64,000 bases of DNA from Planctomycetota bacterium. GTDB lineage: Bacteria; Planctomycetota; B15-G4; SIAN01. The translations under genes were made by a program, and so were the position numbers. Shown here piece by piece: positions 31,600 to 42,462 of the stretch. Where the stretch lies: contig JANNXA010000018.1 in assembly GCA_031409275.1 (NCBI GenBank), positions 32,001-96,000 on the forward strand, read 5' to 3'. How positions within the stretch are numbered: the stretch's first letter is position 1; every line of letters begins with the position of its first letter. The notes beneath the pieces are model-generated. The model did not search any database. It saw nothing but the letters and a program-made list of their open reading frames with translations, and was not told the origin of the DNA.

Positions 31600-32952
31600 T
31601 CAGCTCGGGGATCGCAACGTCGCGTCATCGGCGAGCTCGGCAAGCGACCGCGTCAGCGCCGCGGCGAACTCCTGCGCGACAGCGGGACCATGCGCGCTCG
31701 ACACGAACCCGACCTCATCCTGCGCCGGCGCGAGCAGCACGCCGTGGGCGCGCAAACGCTCGTGGAGGCGCGCGAAACGTCTTCGAACCAGTGCGTCCGC
31801 GCGGTCGGCGCGGCGTGGCGGTGCGCCGTCGCCCGTCCACAGCCAGAACATGCTGCCGAAGAAGAGCGGCAGGAGCGAGAACGGGGCGGTGCGGCAGACC
31901 GGCGCGATCGCCGCTTCGAGGCCGGCGCTGCAGGCGTCGAGGCGGGCGCGTTCGACCGGATCGAGCGCGAGCTGAACGCTGGCGAGTCCGGCGGCCATCG
32001 CCACCGGATTGCCGCTCAGCGTGCCGGCCTGGTAGACGGGCCCGAGCGGCGCGAGCAGGTCCATGACGCGCGCCGGCCCAGCCACCGCGCCGACCGGCAG
32101 CCCACCGCCGACGATCTTGCCGAGCGTGACGAGGTCGGGCGCGACGCCGAATCGCTCGGCGGCGCCGCCGGGCGCGACGCGCAGCCCGCTGATGACCTCG
32201 TCGAAGATGAGCAGCGCGCCACACGAGTCGCAGAGCTTGCGCAGCGTGGGCAGGAACTCGGGGCGTTGCAGCAGCAGGCCCGAGTTGGCCGGCACCGGCT
32301 CGACGAGCAGCGCCGCGATCTGGTCGCCCTCGCGCGCGATCACGTCGGCGACCGCGTCAAGATCGTCGAGCGGGACGAGGCGCGTGTCGGCGACCCGGCC
32401 GGCCGGCACCCCGGCAGAAGAGGCGTCGGGCAGCGCGTGGAGTCCCGAGCCGCCGCGCACCAGCACGGCGTCGGAGTGGCCGTGGTAGCAGCCCTCGAAG
32501 CGCAAGAGCACGTTGCGCTTCGTTGCGGCGCGGGCGAGGCGGATCGCCGTCATCACCGCTTCGGTGCCGCTGTTCACGAAGCGGACGCGCTGCGCGAACG
32601 GGAGCACGGTCAGCAGCAGCTCGGCCAGTTCGACCTCGCCGCGCGACGTCAGGCCGAAGCAGCTGCCGTCGGCCACCGCGCGTTGGACGGCCTCGACGAT
32701 GCGCGGATGGGCGTGGCCGAAGAGCAGCGGGCCGAACGAGAGGATGCAATCGACGTAACGGCGCCCCTCGAGGTCCCACACGTAGGGCCCGGCGCCGCGC
32801 GCGGCCAGCAGCGGTTCTTCGCCGACGCCACGGAAGGAGCGGACCGGCGAGGAGACTCCGCCCGGCAGGACTCGACGCGCCCGCTCGACCCAGCCGCTCA
32901 TGGCGACGCTCGTGGCGGTCGCAATCGAATTCGAGGTCGTCGTCGGGGTCAT
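31600..32952 (-). CDS. hemL: Glutamate-1-semialdehyde 2,1-aminomutase
   Basis: PGGVSSPVR, NSGTEA, YHGHSD, FDEVISG, GKIVGGG, YQAGTLSGNP. Confidence 0.96.
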   Translation of the reverse strand: MTPTTTSNSIATATSVAMSGWVERARRVLPGGVSSPVRSFRGVGEEPLLAARGAGPYVWDLEGRRYVDCILSFGPLLFGHAHPRIVEAVQRAVADGSCFGLTSRGEVELAELLLTVLPFAQRVRFVNSGTEAVMTAIRLARAATKRNVLLRFEGCYHGHSDAVLVRGGSGLHALPDASSAGVPAGRVADTRLVPLDDLDAVADVIAREGDQIAALLVEPVPANSGLLLQRPEFLPTLRKLCDSCGALLIFDEVISGLRVAPGGAAERFGVAPDLVTLGKIVGGGLPVGAVAGPARVMDLLAPLGPVYQAGTLSGNPVAMAAGLASVQLALDPVERARLDACSAGLEAAIAPVCRTAPFSLLPLFFGSMFWLWTGDGAPPRRADRADALVRRRFARLHERLRAHGVLLAPAQDEVGFVSSAHGPAVAQEFAAALTRSLAELADDATLRSPS

Positions 32953-33944
32953 CGCAGCCACCCTTTCTGCAGCGCTTCACGCGCGTGGTAGGTGATGACG
33001 AGATCGGCCCCGGCGCGCGCGAAGGCGAGCAGGTTCTCGCGCACCACCGCTCCCTCGTCGATCCAGCCGCGCTCCGCGGCCGCCTTCACCTGCGCGTATT
33101 CGCCACTCACGTTGTAGGCGACCAGCGGGAGGCGGGTCGCCGCGCGCGCACGCGCCAGCACGTCGAGGTAGGCGAGCGCCGGCTTCACCATCAGCAGATC
33201 GGCGCCTTCCGCCTCATCGGCGGCGATCTCGCGCAACGCCTCGCGGCCGTTGCGCAGGTCCATCTGGTAGGTGCGGCGATCGCCGAACTGGGGCGCCGAA
33301 CTCGCTGCTTCGCGGAACGGACCGTAGTAGCCCGACGCGAACTTCGCGGCATACGAGAGGATCCCGGTCGCGGTGCACTCCGCCTCGTCGAGCGCGGCGC
33401 GCAGGACGGCGACGCGGCCATCCATCATGTCGCTCGGCGCAACGAAGTCGGCGCCGGCGCGCGCGTGCGCGACCGCCATGGCCGCCAGCGCCGCGAGGCT
33501 CGCGTCGTTCACCACGCAGCCGCTCTCGACGAAACCGCAATGACCGTGCGAGGTGTAGGCGCACAAGCAGACGTCGGTGTGGATCACCAGGCTGGCGCCG
33601 AAGCGCTGGCGCAGCTCGCGGACGGCGCGCGGCACGAGCCCGTCGACATCGGCGGCGCGCCGGCCTTGTGGGTCCTTCAGCTCAGGATCGTCGATCACGC
33701 CGAAGAGCAACATGCTCGCGAGGCCGAGCGCGAGGTCGCGTTCGACGTCGCGCAGCAACTCGTCGAGGCCGACCCGATCGATGCCAGGCAGCGCGCCGAT
33801 CGGCTTGCGCGTCGCTCGCGAATCGACCACGAAGTGGGGCTGGATGAGCTGCGAGGGGTGGAGGCGCGTCTCGGCGAGCGCCTCGCGCAATGCCGCGCTC
33901 GACCGCAAGCGGCGCAGGCGCACGAAAGAACTCAGCGAGCGCAT
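32949..33944 (-). CDS. hemB: Porphobilinogen synthase (Zn-binding type)
   Basis: DVCLCAYTSHGHCG, APSDMMDGRV, MVKPA, YNVSGEY. Confidence 0.96.
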   Translation of the reverse strand: MRSLSSFVRLRRLRSSAALREALAETRLHPSQLIQPHFVVDSRATRKPIGALPGIDRVGLDELLRDVERDLALGLASMLLFGVIDDPELKDPQGRRAADVDGLVPRAVRELRQRFGASLVIHTDVCLCAYTSHGHCGFVESGCVVNDASLAALAAMAVAHARAGADFVAPSDMMDGRVAVLRAALDEAECTATGILSYAAKFASGYYGPFREAASSAPQFGDRRTYQMDLRNGREALREIAADEAEGADLLMVKPALAYLDVLARARAATRLPLVAYNVSGEYAQVKAAAERGWIDEGAVVRENLLAFARAGADLVITYHAREALQKGWLR

Positions 33945-35605
33945 GGCGTCTCCTTGAACGAAGCCAGTGCCGCGTCGAGTGCGGCGTGCAACGGGGCGCC
34001 GGTCGGCAGCGCCGCCGTCGTGACGTCGCATATGCCGAGCGCGGCGAGCTGCGCCGCCGTGGTCGCACCACCGGCGACGAAGCGCAGAGAGGCGGGCGCT
34101 GCCGCGAGGCGCGCCGCAACGCGCGGTCGGGCCAGCAGCGCGCGCGCCGCGCTCGGGCTCGCGAGAAGCGCGACGATCGGCGCATCGGGCAGTTCGGGGT
34201 CGTCGCTGCGGGCGACCGTCGCGTAGAGCGGGAGCGGCTGCACGAAGAAGCCGAGCGCTTCGAGCTCGCGCGCCAGCGTGCCTTCCGGCTCGAGCGGACC
34301 GGGATGGAGCACGCGCGCGCCGGTTCTCAACCGCGCGGCGAGTCGTTGCGCGAATGCGTGGCCGCCGCTGCCATCACCGATCGTGAAGGGCGTCGCGCCG
34401 TGCGCGGCGAGCGCGGCGGCAGTGGCTGGGCCGATGGCGGCGTAGCGCGGCGCCTTCCGCGTCGTGGAGGGGGGCGCGAGCGCGGGTGAGCGGAGGTGGT
34501 GGAAGTAGCTCTGCACGGCGCGCTGGCTGGTGAAGGCGATGGCGTCCCACTCGTGCGCGCTCGGCAATGCGGCCGCGATCGTGCCTGCGGTCGGTTGCTC
34601 GACGAAGTCGATCGCCGGCTGCGCCAGATGGGCGATCTGCCGCTCGCGCAGATGCGCCACGAGCGGCGCGTCGAGGCCGGTCGGCCGCGTCAGCAGCACG
34701 ATCGGCTGGCGCCGCAACGTTGCGGCCGCGAGGGTCGCCGCGGTCGCGCCGTCGGGCGCGCGCACCTCGACGCGGCGCAACTCACCGCCCATCGGATCTC
34801 CATCGAGCGCGAGGCACGCGTGGAGGACGAGGTCGCCACCGTCGCGGCGCGCCAGCGCACCGAGCGGCAGGCTGCAGCCGCCATCGAGTCGCGCCAGCAG
34901 GAGGCGCTCGGCCTGCGAGGCATCGCGCGCGTCGGGGTCGACCAACGCGTGCACCGCGAACGCGAGTTCGGGCTCGTCGGCGCGCAGCCGCGCGGCCAGC
35001 ACGCCCTGGCCGGGCGCCGGCAGGAAGCGTGGCGGATCGAGCGGGACGACGTCGAGGTCGCGAAGGTCGAGGGCGAGACGCTCGATGCCGGCAGCGGCCA
35101 GCATGATCGCGTCGTACTCACCGCGGCGCAGCTTTTCGATGCGGGTCGGCACGTTGCCGCGCAGGTCGACCACGTCGATGCCTCGGCAAACATGCGCGAG
35201 CTGCGCGAAGCGGCGCGTCGAGCTGGTGCCGACGCGTGCCCCAGGCGGCAGCATCGGCGCGGCGCCGTGCGGTGCGGCGCGCAGGACGCCGCGGCGCGCC
35301 AGCAGGAGGTCGCGCGGATCGGCGCGCGGCAGCACCGTCAACGTGACGAGGCCGTCGGGATCGTCGGTCGGCAGATCCTTCAGCGAGTGGATCGCGAGGT
35401 CGATCGCGCGGGCGTACAGCGCCTCGTCGAGCTCCTTGGTGAAGAAGGCCTTGCCCTCGAGCTCGCGGAACGGCCGATCGCTGGCGTCGCCACGGGTGGC
35501 GATGGTCACCAGCTCGACGGCGAGGCCGGTGGCGCGCAGCCGATCGGCGACCAGACCCGACTGGCGCAGGGCCAGCGCGCTGCCGCGTGTGCCGAGCCGG
35601 ATCAT
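33932..35605 (-). CDS. hemC: Fused hydroxymethylbilane synthase / uroporphyrinogen-III synthase (HemC-HemD)
   Basis: GTRGSALA, HSLKDLP, RGNVPTRI, GGCSLP, followed by HemD motifs LLTRP, FTSQRAV, AIGPATA, ASPSA. Confidence 0.92.
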   Translation of the reverse strand: MIRLGTRGSALALRQSGLVADRLRATGLAVELVTIATRGDASDRPFRELEGKAFFTKELDEALYARAIDLAIHSLKDLPTDDPDGLVTLTVLPRADPRDLLLARRGVLRAAPHGAAPMLPPGARVGTSSTRRFAQLAHVCRGIDVVDLRGNVPTRIEKLRRGEYDAIMLAAAGIERLALDLRDLDVVPLDPPRFLPAPGQGVLAARLRADEPELAFAVHALVDPDARDASQAERLLLARLDGGCSLPLGALARRDGGDLVLHACLALDGDPMGGELRRVEVRAPDGATAATLAAATLRRQPIVLLTRPTGLDAPLVAHLRERQIAHLAQPAIDFVEQPTAGTIAAALPSAHEWDAIAFTSQRAVQSYFHHLRSPALAPPSTTRKAPRYAAIGPATAAALAAHGATPFTIGDGSGGHAFAQRLAARLRTGARVLHPGPLEPEGTLARELEALGFFVQPLPLYATVARSDDPELPDAPIVALLASPSAARALLARPRVAARLAAAPASLRFVAGGATTAAQLAALGICDVTTAALPTGAPLHAALDAALASFKETPCAR

Positions 35606-36648
35606 CGATCGGCTCCACCGAGCGCGATCGTGGTGCGCGCGCGGTCGACGAAGAGGTGGCCGCGCCGCGCGATCGCCGCGTCGATCCACGCCTCGATCGT
35701 GGCGACGACGTCGGTCAGTCGCGCCGCGTGGTGGCCGGCGAGCGCGCGCAGGTCGTCAAGGTCGGCGTAGTGGAAGCGGTCGCGCGCGACCGGATCGACG
35801 TTGCGCGGCAATCCCAGATCGACGACACCGGCGGAAAGCGGCAGGCGCGTCGCCAGCCACTCGCTGCCGAAGAGCGGCTGCTCGCAAAAGGTGGCTCCGA
35901 TCAGGCCACGCAACGGCGTGCGGGTGGCGAGGAAGTCGTCGCGCAGCTGCCATGCGGTTGCGTGGCGAGCGGCGAGCGCGGCGCAGCGGCGCGGGTCGCG
36001 GCCGACGACGATCCAACCGTCGCGCGCCTGCTTGGGGCAGGATGCCAGGAGGGCCTCCGCCATCGTGCCGGTCCCGACCAGCGCAAGCGGCGCCGCTCCG
36101 GGCGCCGCCATGACCTCCGCACGCAGGTGGCGCAGCGCGAGGCGCGCGAGGTCGCAGCCGAGCTGGGCGAGGTTCGTCTCGCGACGCACCTTCTTGCCGA
36201 CCTGCAGGGCGAGATCGAAGGCGGAGCAGAGCGTCGAGTCGAGCGTCGCGGCGGAGCGCGCGCGCTGCAGGGCGTCGCGCACCTGGCCGAGGATCTGCTC
36301 CTCCCCGAGCGCCGCCGATTCGAGCGAACAGGCGACGCGCAGGAGGTGGCGCAGCGCGCCCTCGCCCGCCGCGGACTGCAATGCGCGCGGCGAGATCGGC
36401 GTGGGGAACGCGGCGGCGAAGGCGGCCGCGAGCATCGCCGGTTCGGGGCGCTGCGTCGTGCTGAGCGCCAATGAGACGCGATTGCACGTGACCAGTGCGA
36501 CGACGCCTTGCGCGCCGACCCGATCACGCGCGCGTGACGCCGCCGCGAGCGGGTCGCCGCCGGCCATCGCCAGCGCCGCCAGCTCGTCGAGCGGGAGCAG
36601 GTGCAGGTCGCTTCCGACGGTGGCGAAGCAGCTCATGCCGAGCTTCAT
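35602..36648 (-). CDS. hemA: Glutamyl-tRNA reductase (short, divergent form)
   Basis: TCNR catalytic Cys, SLES...GEEQILGQV, GTGTM, DLGLPRNVD; first gene of the hem cluster. Confidence 0.85.
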   Translation of the reverse strand: MKLGMSCFATVGSDLHLLPLDELAALAMAGGDPLAAASRARDRVGAQGVVALVTCNRVSLALSTTQRPEPAMLAAAFAAAFPTPISPRALQSAAGEGALRHLLRVACSLESAALGEEQILGQVRDALQRARSAATLDSTLCSAFDLALQVGKKVRRETNLAQLGCDLARLALRHLRAEVMAAPGAAPLALVGTGTMAEALLASCPKQARDGWIVVGRDPRRCAALAARHATAWQLRDDFLATRTPLRGLIGATFCEQPLFGSEWLATRLPLSAGVVDLGLPRNVDPVARDRFHYADLDDLRALAGHHAARLTDVVATIEAWIDAAIARRGHLFVDRARTTIALGGADR

Positions 36649-36682
36649 CGCCTGGCCGGCCACTCGCTCCGTCACCGGAGCG

Positions 36683-37402
36683 TCACGCCGCGGGGAGGCG
36701 AGTCCCTTTGCGCACCAGCACTTCCGAGCCATCGGCGATGAACGCGGAACTGGGCGTGCCGCGCAGGAACGGCGCGAATGGAGCTCCGTAGAGCGCTGCG
36801 ACGTCGACGTCGAGCTCGCACGCGGTGGCGCGCCAGACGTTCCAGCGCGGATGCTCGACCTGGTATTCGTTGGTCGAGCCGTCGCGCTGCTGCGCGTAGC
36901 CCCAGTAGTGCTCGGTGATGAACTCCTCTTCGGAACCCGGGAGCGCGGGACTCGGCGCGCCTTCCGAAGTGGCGCTGACGCGATCCCAGCGGCCGCGATG
37001 GCGCCACGCGAAGCTCGTCCTGCCGGGCAGCGCGACCTCGTGGCGCATCGGCAGCGCGACGTAGTGCTCGCCGTAGAGCGTGTTGGCGAGCCAGGCGATC
37101 GCGCGTCGCGGGACGATCTCCTTGACGAAGACGACCGCGCGGCGCACTTCACCCGCGACCTCGCGCCGCACGTAGAAGCGCAAGTTCACTTCATCGAAGT
37201 CGGAGTGGAAGGGCACCCGTACGCCCAAGACGCGCGTGTCGAGGAAGCGGAATCCGACGACGCTCGCGAGCGTGCGGCCGTGCCAGGAGTCGAGCTCGGT
37301 CCCCGCCGGAACCAGCGGTGCCATCAGGCGCGAGTCGACCTCGTAGTTCAGCATCACCAGCGCGCGCCACGCCGCGGAGAGGAAGACCGGGCGAGTCGCC
37401 AT
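36683..37402 (-). CDS. DUF2071 (YqjF-like) family protein
   Basis: FLSAAWR.L..LNY, FDEVNLRFYV, EFITEHYWGY, YQVEHPRW. Confidence 0.85.
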   Translation of the reverse strand: MATRPVFLSAAWRALVMLNYEVDSRLMAPLVPAGTELDSWHGRTLASVVGFRFLDTRVLGVRVPFHSDFDEVNLRFYVRREVAGEVRRAVVFVKEIVPRRAIAWLANTLYGEHYVALPMRHEVALPGRTSFAWRHRGRWDRVSATSEGAPSPALPGSEEEFITEHYWGYAQQRDGSTNEYQVEHPRWNVWRATACELDVDVAALYGAPFAPFLRGTPSSAFIADGSEVLVRKGTRLPAA

Positions 37403-37446
37403 CGCATGCTCCATCGCGCCGCGGGACGCTCGCTGCAGGTTGTCGA

Positions 37447-38841
<1,395 letters not shown>

Positions 38842-38860
38842 GCGCGGCTCCGGGTCGAGG

Positions 38861-39313
38861 TCATGAGGTGGGCGTCCGCGCCATGCCGAGCAGGGTCGCG
38901 GCGACGGCGGCCGCGGCGGCGCTGTCGGAGGTGATGACGAGGATGGTGTCGTCGCCCGCAAGCGACGCGAGGATGCCGGCGACCGGTTCGCGGTCGAGCA
39001 CGACGGCGAGCGCGCCGGCGTGGCCAGGCGCGGTCTTCAACACGACGAGGTTCTGCGCCGGGATGGCCGAGAGCAGGAACTCGGCGAGAGCGGTGGGGAG
39101 TTTGCGCGCGGGCGAAGTTGCCGTCGCGTCCGGCGGGAGCTGGTAGCCCTTCGCGCCCTTCACCAGAAGAAGTTCGCGCAGATCGCGAGAGAGCGTCGAC
39201 TGGTTCACTTCGAAGCCGTGCAGCCGCAACAGCGCGCGCAGCTGTTCCTGATTGGCGACACCGCCGGCGCGAACCAGCTCCACGATCTTCGAATGGCGCA
39301 GCGCCTTGCTCAT
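38861..39313 (-). CDS. argR: Arginine repressor
   Basis: NQEQL, QSTLSRDLREL, VLKTAPG, LAGDDT. Confidence 0.92.
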   Translation of the reverse strand: MSKALRHSKIVELVRAGGVANQEQLRALLRLHGFEVNQSTLSRDLRELLLVKGAKGYQLPPDATATSPARKLPTALAEFLLSAIPAQNLVVLKTAPGHAGALAVVLDREPVAGILASLAGDDTILVITSDSAAAAAVAATLLGMARTPTS

Positions 39314-39455
39314 CGGGCGGAAGAGTTTGGCGCGAAGGGCACCGCGGTTCCACGGGCAGGACGCCGCTCGCCGAGTCCGCCACGGCCCGGAGTTCGCCTC
39401 GCGAAGCGGCGGGCGGCTATGTTCCTGCGCCCGATCCCGATCCCGGAGCGCGAAC

Positions 39456-40487
39456 GTGAGCGACCCTGCGAGCAATGGTCACGGCCTCGAACTCGAGACG
39501 CTCGGCGCGGCGCCGGCGGCTGGGACCACCGGTCCGAAGATGCTGGTGCCGCTCTTCCTCGTCCCGCTCCTGATCGTGGCGGTCATCGTCGCGATCTTCA
39601 TCGGGGTCGGTTCCGTGGTGGGAACCGAGAAGACCGTCGAGGAGTGGATCGCCGAGGTGGAAACCGGCGGTGTCAACGAGCGCTGGCAGGCGGCAGCGAA
39701 TCTGACCGACGTCGCGCTGAAGCACCCGGAGACGCTGGCGACGCCCGAGATCCGCCGCCGTTTGCGCGACCTCTTCACGGTTGCGGGGCCGGAGGACACC
39801 CGGATCCGGCAGTGGGTGGCGGAGATCTGGAGCGCGGTCGGAGATGCTGAATCCGCACCGATGATCGTCGACGGTATCGCTCGGATGAAGGAAGTGCTGG
39901 AAACGCCCGAAGGCAGGTCCGGTCCTTCGGCGGAGCCGGCGCTACGCGAACTCATCAACTACGTGCGTGCCTTGGCGAGGGTCGGAAAGAGCACGGATGT
40001 TGCGGCGGTTCTTAGCGTCGCGACTGACCCTGACCTAGGGGTGCGGATGGCGGTTGCAGAAGCGCTGGGCTTCATGGCGCGGAAATCGATCTCCGAGGGT
40101 GGAGCGCCTTCGCCGGAGCTCGTCGAGGCACTCGTTCGTCTGCACGGCGATGCCGACGTCTGGGTTCGCATGAACGCGGCGCTCTCCTTGGCAAAGGGCG
40201 GGCGGCTCGAAGGCATGCCGACGCTCGAGACGATGCTCGATCGCGCGTGGCTCAAGTCGCAAGGATTGAGCTTCCCGGACGATGGCCACTACTCGGTTGC
40301 GCAGTTCGATCCGGCCGTCTCTCCCATCGTCTCCGCGCTCGTCGCGATCGAGGCGCTCTGGTCGCTGTCGCCGATCGAAGGCGCCAACCTCAACTCGTTG
40401 CGCGCCGCCGTCGCGACCGCTTTGAACGACCCGAATCCGCAGGTGCAGCAGCGTGCGAAGGAGTTGCTGAAGAAGGTCGGTGGCTGA
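39456..40487 (+). CDS. Membrane-anchored HEAT-repeat protein
   Basis: N-terminal TM helix (LFLVPLLIVAVIVAIF); HEAT repeats such as DLGVRMAVAEALG and DVWVRMNAALSL. Confidence 0.8.
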   Translation: MSDPASNGHGLELETLGAAPAAGTTGPKMLVPLFLVPLLIVAVIVAIFIGVGSVVGTEKTVEEWIAEVETGGVNERWQAAANLTDVALKHPETLATPEIRRRLRDLFTVAGPEDTRIRQWVAEIWSAVGDAESAPMIVDGIARMKEVLETPEGRSGPSAEPALRELINYVRALARVGKSTDVAAVLSVATDPDLGVRMAVAEALGFMARKSISEGGAPSPELVEALVRLHGDADVWVRMNAALSLAKGGRLEGMPTLETMLDRAWLKSQGLSFPDDGHYSVAQFDPAVSPIVSALVAIEALWSLSPIEGANLNSLRAAVATALNDPNPQVQQRAKELLKKVGG

Positions 40488-40695
40488 GTCGACGCGCGCG
40501 TAGAAAGTCGCGCGAGCCGCAGCTTTTCGCCTCGTTGCGACGCTTCCGCGTGCTCAGTATTGTCCGCCGCTTCTTCCCGGGCCAAGGAATGAGAGAGCGA
40601 GCGTCGCCGCGCGTCGATGGAACGCGCTTCGCCGTGCAGCTTGCGCTCGTCTCGTTCCAGTCGTCGGCCCGGTGAGATGAGGCCAGGAGAGCTCG

Positions 40696-41457
40696 ATGGC
40701 AGACGCTCCAGACAAACCGACGCCCTCCGCCGCGCCTGCGCCGGCCGCAGCGGCGGCACCGGCTGCAGCACCGGCGGCAGCACCGGCGGCAGCACCGGCG
40801 GCAGCACCGGCGGCAGCACCGGCCGCAGGCCCAGCGGCAGCGCCGGCCGCAGGCCCAGCGGCAGCGCCGGCGGCAGCCCCAGCGGCCGCCAAGCCCGCAG
40901 CGGTCGCGACTGCGCCGGCGGCTGCGAAGCCCGCTGCGCCGCGGCCCAAGGTTCAGCTCGTGTGGGAGCCAAAGGAGCTTCATCGCCGCGACTGGATGCT
41001 GATCGCGAGTTGGAGTCTCTTCGCGGTTTCGTCCGTCGTCGGCACGCTCTTCTACGTGCTGCGTTTCCTCTTCCCGAACGTGACGTACGAACCGCCGTTG
41101 CAGTTCAAGGCGGGTCTGCCCACCGAGTTCGCGCCGGGCCGCGTCGACGAGCGCTACAAGGCGGCGTTTGGCACCTGGGTCGTTCGCAACGAACTCGGGG
41201 TCTACGCGCTGTCGACGACCTGCACGCATCTCGGCTGCACGCCGAACTGGCTCGAGGGCGAGCAGAAGTTCAAGTGCCCGTGCCACGGCTCGGGCTTCCG
41301 CAAGACAGGAATCAACTTCGAAGGCCCGGCGCCGCGTCCGCTCGAGCGCTACCGGATCGGCCTCGCCGACGACGGCCAGGTGCAGATCGACAAGAGCGTG
41401 AAGTTCCAGGGCGAGAAGGGCGAGTGGGCGAACCCGGAGTCGTTCCTCTACGTGTGA
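40696..41457 (+). CDS. Rieske iron-sulfur subunit of a Rieske/cytochrome b complex, with Pro-Ala-rich N-terminus
   Basis: RR followed by a TM helix (Tat-like), CTHLGC, CPCHGS, GPAPRPL. Confidence 0.93.
   Translation: MADAPDKPTPSAAPAPAAAAAPAAAPAAAPAAAPAAAPAAAPAAGPAAAPAAGPAAAPAAAPAAAKPAAVATAPAAAKPAAPRPKVQLVWEPKELHRRDWMLIASWSLFAVSSVVGTLFYVLRFLFPNVTYEPPLQFKAGLPTEFAPGRVDERYKAAFGTWVVRNELGVYALSTTCTHLGCTPNWLEGEQKFKCPCHGSGFRKTGINFEGPAPRPLERYRIGLADDGQVQIDKSVKFQGEKGEWANPESFLYV
40759..40890 (+). repeat. In-frame 12-bp tandem repeat (11 units, PAAA/PAAG)
   Basis: Four perfect CCGGCGGCAGCA copies at 40771-40818, two identical 24-bp units at 40819-40866, and degenerate flanking units. Confidence 0.9.
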
Positions 41458-41513
41458 TCGACTCGTAGGCGTCGCGCGGCGATCGCCGTGGACGCCATTG
41501 CAGGAGGGCCGAG

Positions 41514-42449
41514 ATGGCCGACCAGACCCCGCAACCGCCAAGCAGCGGCGGAACGCCGAATCCTCCGACACCGGTCCCGCCGGCCGCGGCTCCCGCCGCC
41601 GTCGCTGCGGCAAAGCCGGCCGCGAAGAAGGACGACGTTCGCATCGCGCCGCCGCAGAAGACCTACGTGCCGCGGCCGGGCCTGATGGACCAGATCAAGG
41701 ACAGCCAGATCTGGCGCTCGGTCTTCCGTCACGGCTACCCGAACACGGTGCGCAACCGGTCGCTGGCCGTGTTGTCGAACGTCTTCCTGCACCTTCACCC
41801 GGTGAACGTGCGGACCTCGGGCCTGCGCCTGTCGTTCACGTGGTGCATGGGCGGGCTGACCTTCTTCCTCTTCCTGGTCGAGGTCATCACCGGCGTCCTG
41901 CTGATGTTCTATTACCGGCCCACCGGCGAGTACGCGTATCGCGACATCATCGCGATGGCCGAGCACGTGCCGATGGGGATCATGCGCGAGATCCATCGTT
42001 GGTCGGCGCATGCCATGGTGATCACGGTCTGGTTGCACATGTTCCGCGTGTTCATGACCGGCTCGTACAAACCGCCGCGCGAGTTCAACTGGAACATCGG
42101 CGTGATCCTGCTCGTGCTGACCCTGCTGCTGTCGTTCACCGGCTACCTGCTGCCGTGGGATCAGCTCGCGATCTGGGCCATCACCGTCGGCTCGAACATG
42201 GCGCGCGCGACGCCGATCGCCGGTTACGAGGGGCCGCTCTCGTCGTTGATCACGATCGACGACGTGAAGCTGGTCCACTCGGGCGACGACATGCGCTTCG
42301 CGCTGTTGGGTGGGCGATTCGTCGGCGAAGCGACGTTGCTGCGCTTCTACGTGCTCCACTGCATCTTCATCCCGCTGGTCGCCACCATCTTGATGGCGGT
42401 CCACTTCTGGCGCATCCGCAAGGACGGCGGGATCTCGGGGCCGCTGTGA
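41514..42449 (+). CDS. Cytochrome b6-like subunit (N-terminal part of a split cytochrome b)
   Basis: WCMGG, HRWSAH...LHMFRVF, PPREFNW, GYLLPWDQ, LRFYVLH...VHF. Confidence 0.93.
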   Translation: MADQTPQPPSSGGTPNPPTPVPPAAAPAAVAAAKPAAKKDDVRIAPPQKTYVPRPGLMDQIKDSQIWRSVFRHGYPNTVRNRSLAVLSNVFLHLHPVNVRTSGLRLSFTWCMGGLTFFLFLVEVITGVLLMFYYRPTGEYAYRDIIAMAEHVPMGIMREIHRWSAHAMVITVWLHMFRVFMTGSYKPPREFNWNIGVILLVLTLLLSFTGYLLPWDQLAIWAITVGSNMARATPIAGYEGPLSSLITIDDVKLVHSGDDMRFALLGGRFVGEATLLRFYVLHCIFIPLVATILMAVHFWRIRKDGGISGPL

Positions 42450-42462
42450 GGAGGACACGGGC

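Noticed and set aside
40759..40890. Possible CRISPR array
   Set aside because: Contiguous 12-bp coding repeats with no spacers and no cas genes.
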